From: Trueperaceae bacterium | GTDB taxonomy: Bacteria > Deinococcota > Deinococci > Deinococcales > Trueperaceae | Assembly: GCA_035703635.1 (NCBI GenBank) | Contig: DASSXV010000021.1 | Coordinates: 1-64,000 of the forward strand | Direction: 5' to 3' | DNA: 64,000 bases | Shown here: piece after piece, positions 1 through 9,296 of the stretch | Position numbering within the stretch: the stretch's first letter is position 1 | Layout of the letters: each line of letters opens with the position of its first letter | Program-made: the position numbers and the translations under genes | The notes under the pieces: model-generated | What the model was told of the DNA's origin: nothing | What the model saw: only the letters and a program-made list of their open reading frames with translations | Databases searched by the model: none

Positions 1-99
1 CCCACGGGGGATATCCAGCCCGACTTGGAGCAACCAAGACTGACGAACGCAGACTCAACCGACGCCGAAAACGACGTCTATGACGCCACCTCTACATAG
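1..99 (+). CDS. possible 3' end of an ORF entering from upstream (last gene of the integrated element?)
   Basis: Frame 1 is open from base 1 to TAG at 97-99 (PTGDIQPDLEQ...DVYDATST*); no recognisable motif. Confidence 0.25.
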   Translation, partial: PTGDIQPDLEQPRLTNADSTDAENDVYDATST

Positions 100-130
100 G
101 GTGACAAGGGCCGGCATCCCCCGAATGAAG

Positions 131-175
<45 letters not shown>

Positions 176-180
176 ACTTT

Positions 181-204
181 AACCCCGTCCAGGACGGGGT
201 TTTT
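181..204 (+). terminator. intrinsic terminator after tRNA-Lys fragment
   Basis: AACCCCGTC-cag-GACGGGGTT followed by a T run. Confidence 0.85.
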
Positions 205-282
205 CATTCTCAGGTTGCTCTTTGGCCCTTTGGTCCCAAGCGTTAGCTCTGTTGGCACTGAAGAGCTAGTGATGCTACGCGG

Positions 283-1410
283 TCATGCCCCAAACCTATC
301 GGCCCTGAGCTCCTTGATCGGTTCCGCCCCGTTCACCAGCTCCGCGATCAGGTCACCTAGCAGCGGCCCGAACTTGAACGCGTGCCCCGAACCCCCGCCA
401 GCCAGCACGACGTTGCGGTGCTCGGGGTGGCGGTCCACCACGAAGCGCTCGTCTGGGGTCTTGGTGTACAGACAGGTGGCGGACGAGGTGGGCGTGGCGC
501 CGATGCCAGGGAGGAGCGCAGTGGCCGCCGCGATGGTGCTGCTGGCCAGGGCGGCGTCTAGTTGAAAGTCGCGCTCTTCGGCGCTTGGTATGGCGCGGGC
601 GCCACCGTTGTCGGCCACCTTGATGGCGTGCGGGTACTCGAAGGTGGGAAAGCCGTAGATGCCGCCTGCGCCGTTAGCGACGCGCTCGATGAACACCGGC
701 ATCTGGCCGACGGCGTGCGCTGCTGCTTGGCCGGTCACGGGTAGGTAGATGATCTGTTGCTGCTCGACGACTAGCGGGAGCCGCGCGCTGGCCGCCAAAC
801 GCCCGAGCCAACCGCCGGCGGCCAGTACCACGTGCCCAGCGTGGTACTCACCCTCCTGAGTGGTGACAGTAACGCCGCTGGCGCTGGGGGAGATGCGTGT
901 TACTGGCTCCGACTCGCGCAACGTGGCCCCACGCGCGGCGGCGGAGCGCAGCAGGGTAGCAACGGCGCGGGTGGCGGGGAGGATGGCGCTGGCTGGGTGG
1001 TACACCACGACCTTGTCATCTGGCAAGGCGAACACGGGGTAGCGGCGCCTGAGCTCTGCGCCGCTTAGGCGCTGGCCTGGGCTGCTGGCCGCCGCGAGCG
1101 CCGCAAGCATGGCGTCCGCCTGCCGGTCGTGCGGTTCGAACAGGTCGACGCCGCCGGTGCGGTAGAGGAGACGTTCGCCCGTCTCGGCCTCGAGGTCTTG
1201 CCACAGCGCGTCGGCGCGCACGGCCAGACGCGTGTGCAACTCGTCGACGTAAGCGTGGCGGAAGATGCGCGACCCGCCGTGCGACGAGCCGCGCTCGTGG
1301 AGGAACGGGAACTGCTCGAGGAGCAGCACCGACCCTGACGCCGCGAGGGTGCGAGCCGCAGCGCTGCCGATTACGCCGGCGCCGATGACGATGGTGTCGT
1401 AGGTGGGCAT
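283..1410 (-). CDS. solA: FAD-dependent oxidoreductase, monomeric sarcosine oxidase / N-methyl-L-tryptophan oxidase family
   Basis: GAGVIG dinucleotide motif, GSSHGGSRIFR, CLYTKTPD (flavinylated Cys motif), GSGHAFKFGP. Confidence 0.8.
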   Translation of the reverse strand: MPTYDTIVIGAGVIGSAAARTLAASGSVLLLEQFPFLHERGSSHGGSRIFRHAYVDELHTRLAVRADALWQDLEAETGERLLYRTGGVDLFEPHDRQADAMLAALAAASSPGQRLSGAELRRRYPVFALPDDKVVVYHPASAILPATRAVATLLRSAAARGATLRESEPVTRISPSASGVTVTTQEGEYHAGHVVLAAGGWLGRLAASARLPLVVEQQQIIYLPVTGQAAAHAVGQMPVFIERVANGAGGIYGFPTFEYPHAIKVADNGGARAIPSAEERDFQLDAALASSTIAAATALLPGIGATPTSSATCLYTKTPDERFVVDRHPEHRNVVLAGGGSGHAFKFGPLLGDLIAELVNGAEPIKELRADRFGA

Positions 1411-1427
1411 GGGTAAATCTAACGTGG

Positions 1428-1784
1428 CTAGTTGACGTGCGGTGCCACTGTTCGAGTTGCTGCGAGACGCGCCAGCCGCCTGCGGACCCCAAGGATGATG
1501 AGCGCATGCACCACCACGGCGGCGAGCAGCCTGAATGCTCGATTACGAAGCGGCGGAATCGGTCGCCGTAATGCTCATCGGTCTGGTGGGCTAAGTAGAG
1601 CAGGGGCATGAGGTATGTCGAGGTCAGGCCGGCCGGCGAGGAACACCGCCGCTACGGTGCCAGCGAACGGCCGATCGCGGTCTAGCCAGTCGAGAGTATT
1701 TGTGCGAGGCGATACTCCTCGAGGGGCAGGGTTGGGCGTCATGACGGCCCCCGGTGCACTGGTCCGCGAGAGGGGTAGGTTCAT
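1428..1784 (-). pseudogene. frameshifted, internally deleted HXXEE-domain membrane protein remnant
   Basis: Segments switch frame: LDWLDRDRPFAGTVAAVFL / YLMPLLYLAHQTDEHYGDRFRRFV / LLAAVVVHALIILGVRRRLARLA, resembling the N-terminus, HxxEEH core and C-terminus of the family. Confidence 0.55.
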
Positions 1785-1808
1785 GTGAGTTTGAAGCGTT
1801 GGCGCTAC

Positions 1809-2021
1809 TCAGTGATGCCTCGGTCCCTTGTTCCCACCTGACACGCCGAACAGCGCGTAGATCCTGGGCATGCCCACGATGCCCGTGATCAGCAACACGC
1901 TGCCCACCACGTCGAAGATCACGTCGCGGGGACCGTGAAACAGTCGTAATAGCCCAATCGTGAGCAACACGGCCCCGGCGATCACTCGCCCGATGCGAAA
2001 CCCTGTGCTGTCCTTGACCAC
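1809..2021 (-). CDS. DUF2892/YgaP-like small membrane protein, possibly degenerate
   Basis: Two hydrophobic segments with R.IAG.VLL...G.VLL.TG..G...IY.LFGVS pattern; GAGGAG upstream; usual CP motif missing in frame. Confidence 0.55.
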   Translation of the reverse strand: MVKDSTGFRIGRVIAGAVLLTIGLLRLFHGPRDVIFDVVGSVLLITGIVGMPRIYALFGVSGGNKGPRHH

Positions 2022-2301
2022 GGTGCGTCACGCTCCTCGCGGCACTATAGGTCCACTGCGGCTATTCGAGCGGTCAGGCACCGCATGGAGCCATGGTCCC
2101 CCGCGCCGAGCCTGCGGCATGCCTACCACCTGCAAGGCCATTTGGTTGCGGCGCAGCGAGCGGCGTGCCGGACACAAGTTGCGCAAGCTGGAACACGCCG
2201 AACGTCACAGGGCGTGTTTTGGTGACGTAAGGACGCTGGTTAGACTATTTTTACGCCCGCGGCTCGAGCAACTAGCGGGCCGTCGCCAAGGAGGCTCGCT
2301 G

Positions 2302-3402
2302 GTGACAATTCTGGTTAGCCTTGCCGCGCTGACGCTGGCCGTGTGGGCCATCACCAAGGCCGCCAACTCGAACCGCCATACGACGCGCGCAGGCGAGGAG
2401 GCGCGGGTCGACGTGCTCATAGACGCCCTCTACCGCGACGGCGTCAAGGTCGGTTATCAGAGCGCACTGACGCGCCAGGTCGTGACCGAGGGGCATCGCG
2501 TGCGGCTCTACGTGAGGCGGCGGAACCAGGTGATGCTTGCCGTGCTTGCCGCCGGCGCCGCTGCGGCCGCCTTCCCAGTGGCGGGCGCGCTTGGAGTCTT
2601 GCCAGGTCAGGCCGAGTGGGCTGCCGCTGTCCCCGTGTGGCAGTGGTTGGCGTTGGTCCTCGGCGTGGCGGTGGTGGCCGTGATGGCCGTGCTGCTCCTC
2701 ATGCCGCGCGATTACGCCAGGTTCTTCACCACCCCACGGGCGCACGCCGCCGCGCTCGACGCAGCGGAAGGCGACATCGAAACCGCCGTCAACTCGCGGC
2801 TATCGAGCCACCTGGAGACGACCAAGGCCTACCTCACGCGCATGACCAACGAGCGCTATGCGGCGGGCGTCGAGCAGGGCCGGCGCCAGGCGCTGAGCGC
2901 AGGCTCTGGCAGGGCGGTCGATGATGCCGACCTGCAGGCGCGGGTATCGTCCGCGGCCAACGCGGCGTACGTGCAGGGGCGGCGCGACGGCGTGAAAGAA
3001 GCGCAGAGCCTCCTTAACCAGCAACTCTCAGACGCGTATCGACGTGGCGTGAGTGACGGCGAACGCTTGCTGGTGGGCGGCCTGGAGGGACGCCTGCGCG
3101 CCGAACGTGAACTCGGCTACCAGTCCGGCTACCGGGCTGGCGTGCAGGAGGGGCGCGCCAACGCCGCGCAGGCCGCCACCGGCAAGGCGGCGGTACGGCC
3201 GCGCTCCCGTTCGGAGGCCCTGAAGCTACTTGACCTGGTCGAGGGGAGCTCGCAGTCGGACATAGAGAAGCGCTACCGCGAGTTGCGCGCGTCCGTCCAC
3301 CCAGACGCCATCCGCTCCAAGAAGTTACCGCGAGCGATGGTCGAGTTCGCCGAGGAGCACTTCAAACTGATCGGCGAGGCCTACGACATCCTGCGGCGTT
3401 AA
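2302..3402 (+). CDS. membrane-anchored J-domain protein (C-terminal DjlA-like J domain)
   Basis: AGGAGG before GTG at 2302; three hydrophobic segments; C-terminal RYRELRASVHPD...KLP.AM...AEEHFKLIGEAYDIL. Confidence 0.8.
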   Translation: MTILVSLAALTLAVWAITKAANSNRHTTRAGEEARVDVLIDALYRDGVKVGYQSALTRQVVTEGHRVRLYVRRRNQVMLAVLAAGAAAAAFPVAGALGVLPGQAEWAAAVPVWQWLALVLGVAVVAVMAVLLLMPRDYARFFTTPRAHAAALDAAEGDIETAVNSRLSSHLETTKAYLTRMTNERYAAGVEQGRRQALSAGSGRAVDDADLQARVSSAANAAYVQGRRDGVKEAQSLLNQQLSDAYRRGVSDGERLLVGGLEGRLRAERELGYQSGYRAGVQEGRANAAQAATGKAAVRPRSRSEALKLLDLVEGSSQSDIEKRYRELRASVHPDAIRSKKLPRAMVEFAEEHFKLIGEAYDILRR

Positions 3403-3480
3403 CCACTAGAACGCAGCGGCCGCCACTTCCGGCGTGTCCCACTTACGTGGCCACGACGCTGCGACATACTATTGGCGGCA

Positions 3481-4305
3481 GTGGACGGCTTCGTTGACCT
3501 CTTCTTGCGCGTCGCTGGCCCTAACCCCATCTGGCAGGGACTCTGGGGCGGCATCATCATCACCACCTTCAACCTAGTAGGCGCCTTGGCCGTGCTGGTG
3601 TGGCGCAACCCCAAGCAGCGCGCGCTCGACGCGGCGCTTGGCTTCGCCGCCGGGGTCATGCTCTCGGCGAGCTTCACGAGCCTCATCCTGCCTGGCATCG
3701 AGATCGGCGGCCTCTTGCCGGTGGTGATCGGCATGGCGCTTGGCGTGATCATGCTCGATAGGGCTGACACGTGGGTGCCTCACATTCACGTGCTAGTGAC
3801 GGGCAAGGTGCGTGACGACGGCGCGCAGCCCGGAGCAGGCAGGGCCAAACGGCGCAGTGGCGTCTCTGGCGTGCTGCTCTTCATCGTTGCCATCACGCTG
3901 CACAACATGCCGGAGGGCTTGGCCGTTGGAGTGGGGTTCGGTAGCGGCAATTTGCGCGAGGCGCTTGCGCTGATGCTGGCCATCGGAATCCAGAACGTAC
4001 CTGAGGGGTTGGCGGTAGCGGTGGCGGCGCGCAACGCTGGCATGGGCAGCCTCTTCTACGCCGCTTTCACGGGGATCAGGGCTGGCGTGGTGGAGATCCC
4101 ACTAGCGCTGCTCGGCGCCTGGGCCGTGCACATCGCGGGCCCCATCTTGCCTTACGCCATGGGCTTCGCGGCAGGGGCCATGCTCTTCGTCATCCTCGAC
4201 GAGATCGTGCCCGAAACTCACGGTAACGGCCACGAGCGCCTCGCCACTCTCGGGACCATGCTTGGCGTGATCGTCATGCTCGTCCTCGACGTGGCGCTTG
4301 GGTAA
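3481..4305 (+). CDS. ZIP family metal transporter (GufA/ZupT-like)
   Basis: GFAAGVML, LHNMPEGLAVG, IQNVPEG, FAAGAMLFVILDEIVPE. Confidence 0.92.
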   Translation: MDGFVDLFLRVAGPNPIWQGLWGGIIITTFNLVGALAVLVWRNPKQRALDAALGFAAGVMLSASFTSLILPGIEIGGLLPVVIGMALGVIMLDRADTWVPHIHVLVTGKVRDDGAQPGAGRAKRRSGVSGVLLFIVAITLHNMPEGLAVGVGFGSGNLREALALMLAIGIQNVPEGLAVAVAARNAGMGSLFYAAFTGIRAGVVEIPLALLGAWAVHIAGPILPYAMGFAAGAMLFVILDEIVPETHGNGHERLATLGTMLGVIVMLVLDVALG

Positions 4306-4423
4306 GCGTACCGCTGTCACGGCCCGCCGCTCGACAAGTACACAAGACACCTGCACGGGCGCTACGCTCACCAAGGACTAGCCTAGGGCTACGCGCGGCG
4401 CAGTTACCGCGAGAGGAGTGCCC

Positions 4424-5479
4424 ATGACTTCCAAGATCGCCGACCTGTTGGGTCCAGACGCCGAGGCATTGCTCAGCTACCAAGCACGCGGCATCGACCG
4501 CGGACGCCTCCACTTGCCTGGTCCCGATTTCGTCAGCCGCAGCTTCGGGCCAAGCGACCGGAGTCCGCGCGTGCTGCGCAGCTTGCAGTCCTTGTACGAC
4601 CATGGGCGCTTGGCTGGCACTGGCTACATGTCGATCCTGCCTGTCGATCAGGGTGTCGAGCACTCGGCTGGCGCGTCGTTCTCGAAGAACCCGGACTACT
4701 TCGATCCCGAGAAGATAGTCGAGCTGGCCATCGAGGGTGGTTGCAACGCCGTTGCGTCGACGTTCGGTGTCCTCGGCCTTACGGCGCGCAAGTACGCGCA
4801 CCTCATCCCGTTCATCGTCAAGATCAACCACAACCAGTTGATGACCTACCCGATGGTTCATGAGCAGGTCCTGTTCGGCACGGTAGACGAGGCGTACGAC
4901 ATGGGTGCCGTTGCCGTCGGGGCCACCATCTACTTCGGCAGTCCAGACTCGAACCGCCAGATCATCGAGGTGGCGGAGGCCTTCGCGTACGCCCACGAGC
5001 TCGGCATGGCGACGGTCTTGTGGTGCTACACGCGTAACGACGCCTTCAAGGTCGGCGGGGTCGATTACAGCGTCTCGGCCGATTTGACGGGTCAGGCGAA
5101 CCAGCTTGGTGTCACCATCCAGGCCGACATCGTGAAGCAGAAACTTCCCGAGAACAACGGTGGGTTCAAGGCCGTTGGCTTCGGGCGCACCGACCCGCGC
5201 ATGTACTCCGAGCTCGTGCCTGACAACCATCCGATCGAGATGGTCAGGTGGCAGGTAGCGAACTCGTACATGGGCCGCGTTGGGCTGATCAACTCAGGCG
5301 GCGCGTCGGGTGACGATGACTTCGCCGAGGCCGCGCGTACCGCTGTCTTGAACAAGCGCGGCGGAGGCAGTGGCCTCATCACGGGACGCAAGGCGTTCCA
5401 GAGACCGATGGCGGAGGGCGTGAGGCTCCTCAACCTCATCCAAGACATCTACCTGGACGACTCGATAACAGTGGCGTAA
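4424..5479 (+). CDS. fbaB: class I fructose-bisphosphate aldolase (DhnA/FbaB type)
   Basis: [50 protein letters not shown]. Confidence 0.95.
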   Translation: MTSKIADLLGPDAEALLSYQARGIDRGRLHLPGPDFVSRSFGPSDRSPRVLRSLQSLYDHGRLAGTGYMSILPVDQGVEHSAGASFSKNPDYFDPEKIVELAIEGGCNAVASTFGVLGLTARKYAHLIPFIVKINHNQLMTYPMVHEQVLFGTVDEAYDMGAVAVGATIYFGSPDSNRQIIEVAEAFAYAHELGMATVLWCYTRNDAFKVGGVDYSVSADLTGQANQLGVTIQADIVKQKLPENNGGFKAVGFGRTDPRMYSELVPDNHPIEMVRWQVANSYMGRVGLINSGGASGDDDFAEAARTAVLNKRGGGSGLITGRKAFQRPMAEGVRLLNLIQDIYLDDSITVA

Positions 5480-5492
5480 GCGCGGGGGAGCT

Positions 5493-5524
5493 AAAGAAGT
5501 GGCCCACGCGGGGGGTCGTGGGCC
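5493..5524. terminator. hairpin between fbaB and tRNA-Ala
   Basis: GGCCCACG-N7-CGTGGGCC; T-rich tail on the minus strand. Confidence 0.55.
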
Positions 5525-5724
5525 GAGTATGAGTGTACCAGTTTGGCAATACACATGGGTAGCCGTCGCCCGAAATGTGTGCTGCCTCACAGTGATGGCT
5601 GCTGGCGCCGCGACGGGCACAGCCAACGACCAAGAGCAAAACGGGGCCAGGGTGAAGGGAGCTGCTAGCGGCAAGAGGAAGGACGACGCCCGTTGCCAGC
5701 GCGCCGTCCTACGCGGTGTTCTCT

Positions 5725-5800
5725 TGGTGGAGCCGAGGGGATTCGAACCCCTGACCTCGTGAGTGCGATTCACGCGCGCTCCCAACTGCGCCACGGCCCC
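5725..5800 (-). tRNA. tRNA-Ala (anticodon CGC)
   Basis: 76-nt cloverleaf GGGGCCG...CGGCTCCACCA with G3:U70 identity pair, CGTGA/TCACG anticodon stem, GGTTCGAATCC T-loop. Confidence 0.97.
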
Positions 5801-5925
5801 AAGCAACCGGTAGTGTAAGTTCTTCGGCTCAGGAGTGTCAAACGGCGGCGGCGTGGCGTGAACTGGTCACTCGGCCTGGTTGGGGGCTGAACGGCAGCCG
5901 GCGCTTGGCGATACGATTGCCGGGT

Positions 5926-7230
5926 ATGCAGACGACGCGCGTCAAGGAGCGCAACTTCATGCTTGGAGTGTTCAACGGCGTGTTCGTTAACGCCGGGGAC
6001 GCCTTCATGCACTCGGGTCTGGTACTGGCGCCGTTCCTCGCAGTGCTAGGCGCTCCGGCTGTGATCATCGGGCTTGTTCCGGCCATCAAGGTCGGTGGCT
6101 GGTACTTGCCGCAACTGCTCGTCGCCAACCGCATCTCGCATGAGCCTTTGAAGCTGCAGTTTTATCACTTCACCTCCACCGTCCGCTCCATCGCACTGAT
6201 GGTCATGACGCTGGCCGTGTTTCTCGTTGGCGGCGACCAACCGTCACTCCTGATCCTCATCGTGCTGGTCATGTTGACCATCAACGCCATCGCAGGGGGC
6301 GTTGGCGGGGTGCCGTTCGCCGACGTCACCGCCAAGATCGTGCCGCACTCGCGGCTCGGGACTTTCTGGGCCATGCGCAACGCCATCGGCGGCGTGTTGG
6401 CGCTCGGCGCCGGCATCGTGCTGCGTTACATTCTCGCGTCAGACATGAGCTTCCCGAACAACTTCGGGTTGATCCTGCTACTCGGCTCCCTACTCTCTGC
6501 CCTCGCTTACACGAGCTTCTCCCTCGTCAAGGAACCGCCCGGCGTGCCGGGCATGCGGCGCCCACTGGTCGGCATGTTGCGTGACATTCCCGGCATCCTG
6601 AGGGTCGACGTCAGGCTCCGGCGCTTCCTGCGCGTACGCTTCCTTGGCCTAGCCACGTTGCTCGCCGAACCGTTCTACGCCGTGTACGCCATCACCGTCA
6701 TAGGGGCGCCAGATGCGGCCATCGGCACGTACGTCATCGCCGCAACGGCGGCGTCCGTGCTCGGCAACCTCGCCTTCGGCATGTTGTCTAACCGCGGCAT
6801 GAACGTCACCGTCATGCAGATTGGCTACGCGCTGCTCCTTGGCGCACCGCTCTGCGCCGTCCTCATCCAAGACTGGCGGTGGTTCTCCATGGTCTTCGTG
6901 CTGTCTGCTGTGGGCAACGCCGGCGTCGGTATCGCGGCCGCGAACTTGCTTTACGCCATCGCGCCGCTTGACGACAGGGCCTTGTACATCGGCCTCTCCA
7001 ACTCGGTTCTGACCATCCCAAGCCTCGCGCCCGTGATGGCTGGCGCGTTGCTCACGTGGTTCAAGATGCCCACGATGTTCCTCGCCGCCGCCGCACTCGC
7101 CGTGGTGACGTTGGCGTTATCGTTCCGCTTCGGCACGCTACGCGAAGCCGACCGTACGGCCCTCGGCAAGAGCCGCGAACCGGAACCAGCCGAAGAACTT
7201 GCTGAGGCGCCGGCCAGCGAAGCGGGTTAG
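5926..7230 (+). CDS. MFS transporter
   Basis: About 12 hydrophobic segments with two-halves organisation. Confidence 0.8.
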   Translation: MQTTRVKERNFMLGVFNGVFVNAGDAFMHSGLVLAPFLAVLGAPAVIIGLVPAIKVGGWYLPQLLVANRISHEPLKLQFYHFTSTVRSIALMVMTLAVFLVGGDQPSLLILIVLVMLTINAIAGGVGGVPFADVTAKIVPHSRLGTFWAMRNAIGGVLALGAGIVLRYILASDMSFPNNFGLILLLGSLLSALAYTSFSLVKEPPGVPGMRRPLVGMLRDIPGILRVDVRLRRFLRVRFLGLATLLAEPFYAVYAITVIGAPDAAIGTYVIAATAASVLGNLAFGMLSNRGMNVTVMQIGYALLLGAPLCAVLIQDWRWFSMVFVLSAVGNAGVGIAAANLLYAIAPLDDRALYIGLSNSVLTIPSLAPVMAGALLTWFKMPTMFLAAAALAVVTLALSFRFGTLREADRTALGKSREPEPAEELAEAPASEAG

Positions 7231-7556
7231 AGGCGCACGAACTCGTCGGTTGAAAGCACGAACACTATGGCGCCGCCGACGGGCACTTCCATCGGTTGGC
7301 TGGCGAACACGCCCTCGAGGGCATGAATTGGCGAACCGGCGGTAACCACCTTGGTGCGTTCGCGGCAAGTGGCGTGGATGATGTCTTTGGCCTCGATCAC
7401 CTTATGGTCCTCGACGCCGATCAGAACGGTGGTATTACCCTCTCGCAAGAACCCCCCGGTCGAGGCGAGCTTGGTGGACTGAAAACCACGGTCCCCCAAA
7501 GCTTCTTGTAGGCGCGCCGCGTCGGCGTCCTGCACGATGGCAAGGATCAATTTCAT
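7227..7556 (-). CDS. darA: cyclic di-AMP receptor, PII-like (DarA/PstA family)
   Basis: MKLILAIVQDADA, TKLASTGGFLREGNTT, VPVGGAIVFVL. Confidence 0.9.
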   Translation of the reverse strand: MKLILAIVQDADAARLQEALGDRGFQSTKLASTGGFLREGNTTVLIGVEDHKVIEAKDIIHATCRERTKVVTAGSPIHALEGVFASQPMEVPVGGAIVFVLSTDEFVRL

Positions 7557-7628
7557 CTTGTGACCATGGTAGCAGACTGGGAACGATTACCATGCGATTA
7601 GAATGAGAGCGAAACCGGAAGGTGAGGC

Positions 7629-9239
7629 TTGACCGAACGACGCTTCGTAGTTGAGATCACGCGCCAAGTGCCACCCACAGAGGTAGCTGAAGTAGCCGCG
7701 CGCGTGGCGGAGCGCCTTGACATGGAGGCGCAACGCATCGTCACGCTCCTCAGCGGCCGCGTCGGTGCGGTGACGAAGGCGGTGCTGCAAGACAAGGCCG
7801 TCGCCATCGCCGAGGTGTTCGCTGCGGCAGGCGTGGAAGTAGTCGTGCTAGCCGCGCCGGAGCCGAGCGCCGCACCGACGCCAGCTAAGGCGCCGGAAGC
7901 AGTAGTCACGGAACCAGCGAGCTGGTACGCCACGGGCGCCGGAGCCGAGCATGAGGGCGACGCTGAGGCCGAAGAGGCCGAAGAGGACGAAGAGGACGCT
8001 GAAGAGGGCGGCGCCCAAGCCACGCCCGCCCGGCAGGTGTGGGACTCGGGGCGGGCGTGGTCCGATGACGAGGTGGGCGACTGGCGCGCACTAGCGCCGC
8101 GTGCGTCAGACTTCCACGGAGTTGTCGGCCAAGCCGAGGACGAACTCGAACCGCTCGAGGCGGACCCATACGAAGAAGAGGCGTTCGAGGACGAGCCGTA
8201 CACGCCAGAAGCAGCGGCAGGTGCGCCCGCGCCCGAGGATCACGGTGCAGCGCCTTATGACGGTGAGGTCGCGGACCCAGAGGCGGCCGCCGCCGCCAGC
8301 AGCGGCGTAGTGCCACCTGCCGCGCCGTTCCAGGCCGACGACGGTCAGCGCTACCGCGACATCGACCCGGAGTTGGAGGACGAGGCCGACCGTCTTGGGC
8401 CACGGCCAGCTGGAGCCGGTCCGTCCGTGTTCTCGACTTCTACGCGTTGGGTGCCGTCGCCGCACGACGAGTACGGCTTCGATCCGGACGAGGTTCCGAT
8501 GGTTCCGGCGAGTGGCCCGGCTGCGGGGGCCGTTGACGAAGGCCGCATGACTACGGCAGGGCGCGGCGTCGGTGCGCGCAGCGGCACTACGACGACCTTC
8601 GGTCAGCAACCTGAGGAAGCACCCAAGGAGGGCCCGCAGTTGCGGATCTTCCTCATGTGGGCGCTGATCGTTTCCATCGTCCTCTTCCTCCTCCTGCAGT
8701 TCGTCATGGCCGACCGCACCAGCGGCGCGCCACCCGTCTCCGCCTACGCGGCCGGGCTGGCGGCGTTCCGCAAGGGTGAGTTCGCAAGTGCCATACGTGC
8801 CTGGGAGCCAGAAGCAGAGGCAGGCAACGCGACGGCCCAGTACTACCTGGGTTACATGGCCCAGAACGGCCTCGGCCAGTCGTGGAGCAACGCCAGAGCG
8901 GCGGGCTACTACCGCCGCGCCGCCGAGGCTGGGTTGCCAGAAGCGCAACTCGCGCTAGGCGATCTCTACCTTAGGGGGATGGGCGTCGAGCAGGACGACG
9001 GCCGCGGCGCCGGCCTCTACGCCATGGCAGCCGGAGCGGGCGACCCGCGTGCGCGCTTCGAGTACGGCAAGCTCTTGCTGCACGGCAAAGGCGTAACGCG
9101 CGACCCGGCGGCAGCGCTCGACCAGTTCGAGGCCGCGGCAGCTGGAGGGTGGGAGGCGGCAGCCGACTACGTCGCCTTCGCCAAAGAAGCTGCCGCCGAG
9201 ACCGCGGCCGCCGAACAGGCTGCGCCCCAAGCTCCGTAA
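7629..9239 (+). CDS. membrane-anchored SEL1-repeat protein with long acidic linker
   Basis: One TM helix (LRIFLMWALIVSIVLFLLLQFVM) followed by SEL1 repeats (AQYYLGYMAQNGLG, AQLALGDLYLRGMG, ARFEYGKLLLHGKG). Confidence 0.8.
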   Translation: MTERRFVVEITRQVPPTEVAEVAARVAERLDMEAQRIVTLLSGRVGAVTKAVLQDKAVAIAEVFAAAGVEVVVLAAPEPSAAPTPAKAPEAVVTEPASWYATGAGAEHEGDAEAEEAEEDEEDAEEGGAQATPARQVWDSGRAWSDDEVGDWRALAPRASDFHGVVGQAEDELEPLEADPYEEEAFEDEPYTPEAAAGAPAPEDHGAAPYDGEVADPEAAAAASSGVVPPAAPFQADDGQRYRDIDPELEDEADRLGPRPAGAGPSVFSTSTRWVPSPHDEYGFDPDEVPMVPASGPAAGAVDEGRMTTAGRGVGARSGTTTTFGQQPEEAPKEGPQLRIFLMWALIVSIVLFLLLQFVMADRTSGAPPVSAYAAGLAAFRKGEFASAIRAWEPEAEAGNATAQYYLGYMAQNGLGQSWSNARAAGYYRRAAEAGLPEAQLALGDLYLRGMGVEQDDGRGAGLYAMAAGAGDPRARFEYGKLLLHGKGVTRDPAAALDQFEAAAAGGWEAAADYVAFAKEAAAETAAAEQAAPQAP

Positions 9240-9296
9240 AGGCGCCGTTCACACGGGCTCAACTAGTCGTCATCTTAGGTTGCTATCTTTAGCAAG

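Noticed and set aside
1560-1580. Selenocysteine or readthrough at the TGA ending ORF 1575..1784
   Set aside because: The conserved-looking core is in a different frame, so frameshift decay explains it better.
1960-2301. N-terminal extension of the J-domain ORF (likewise for ftsH, glgC, carB, M32, rpiA and the dsRBD gene)
   Set aside because: The extensions overlap promoters or neighbouring genes; better starts have an SD or a -10 box directly upstream.
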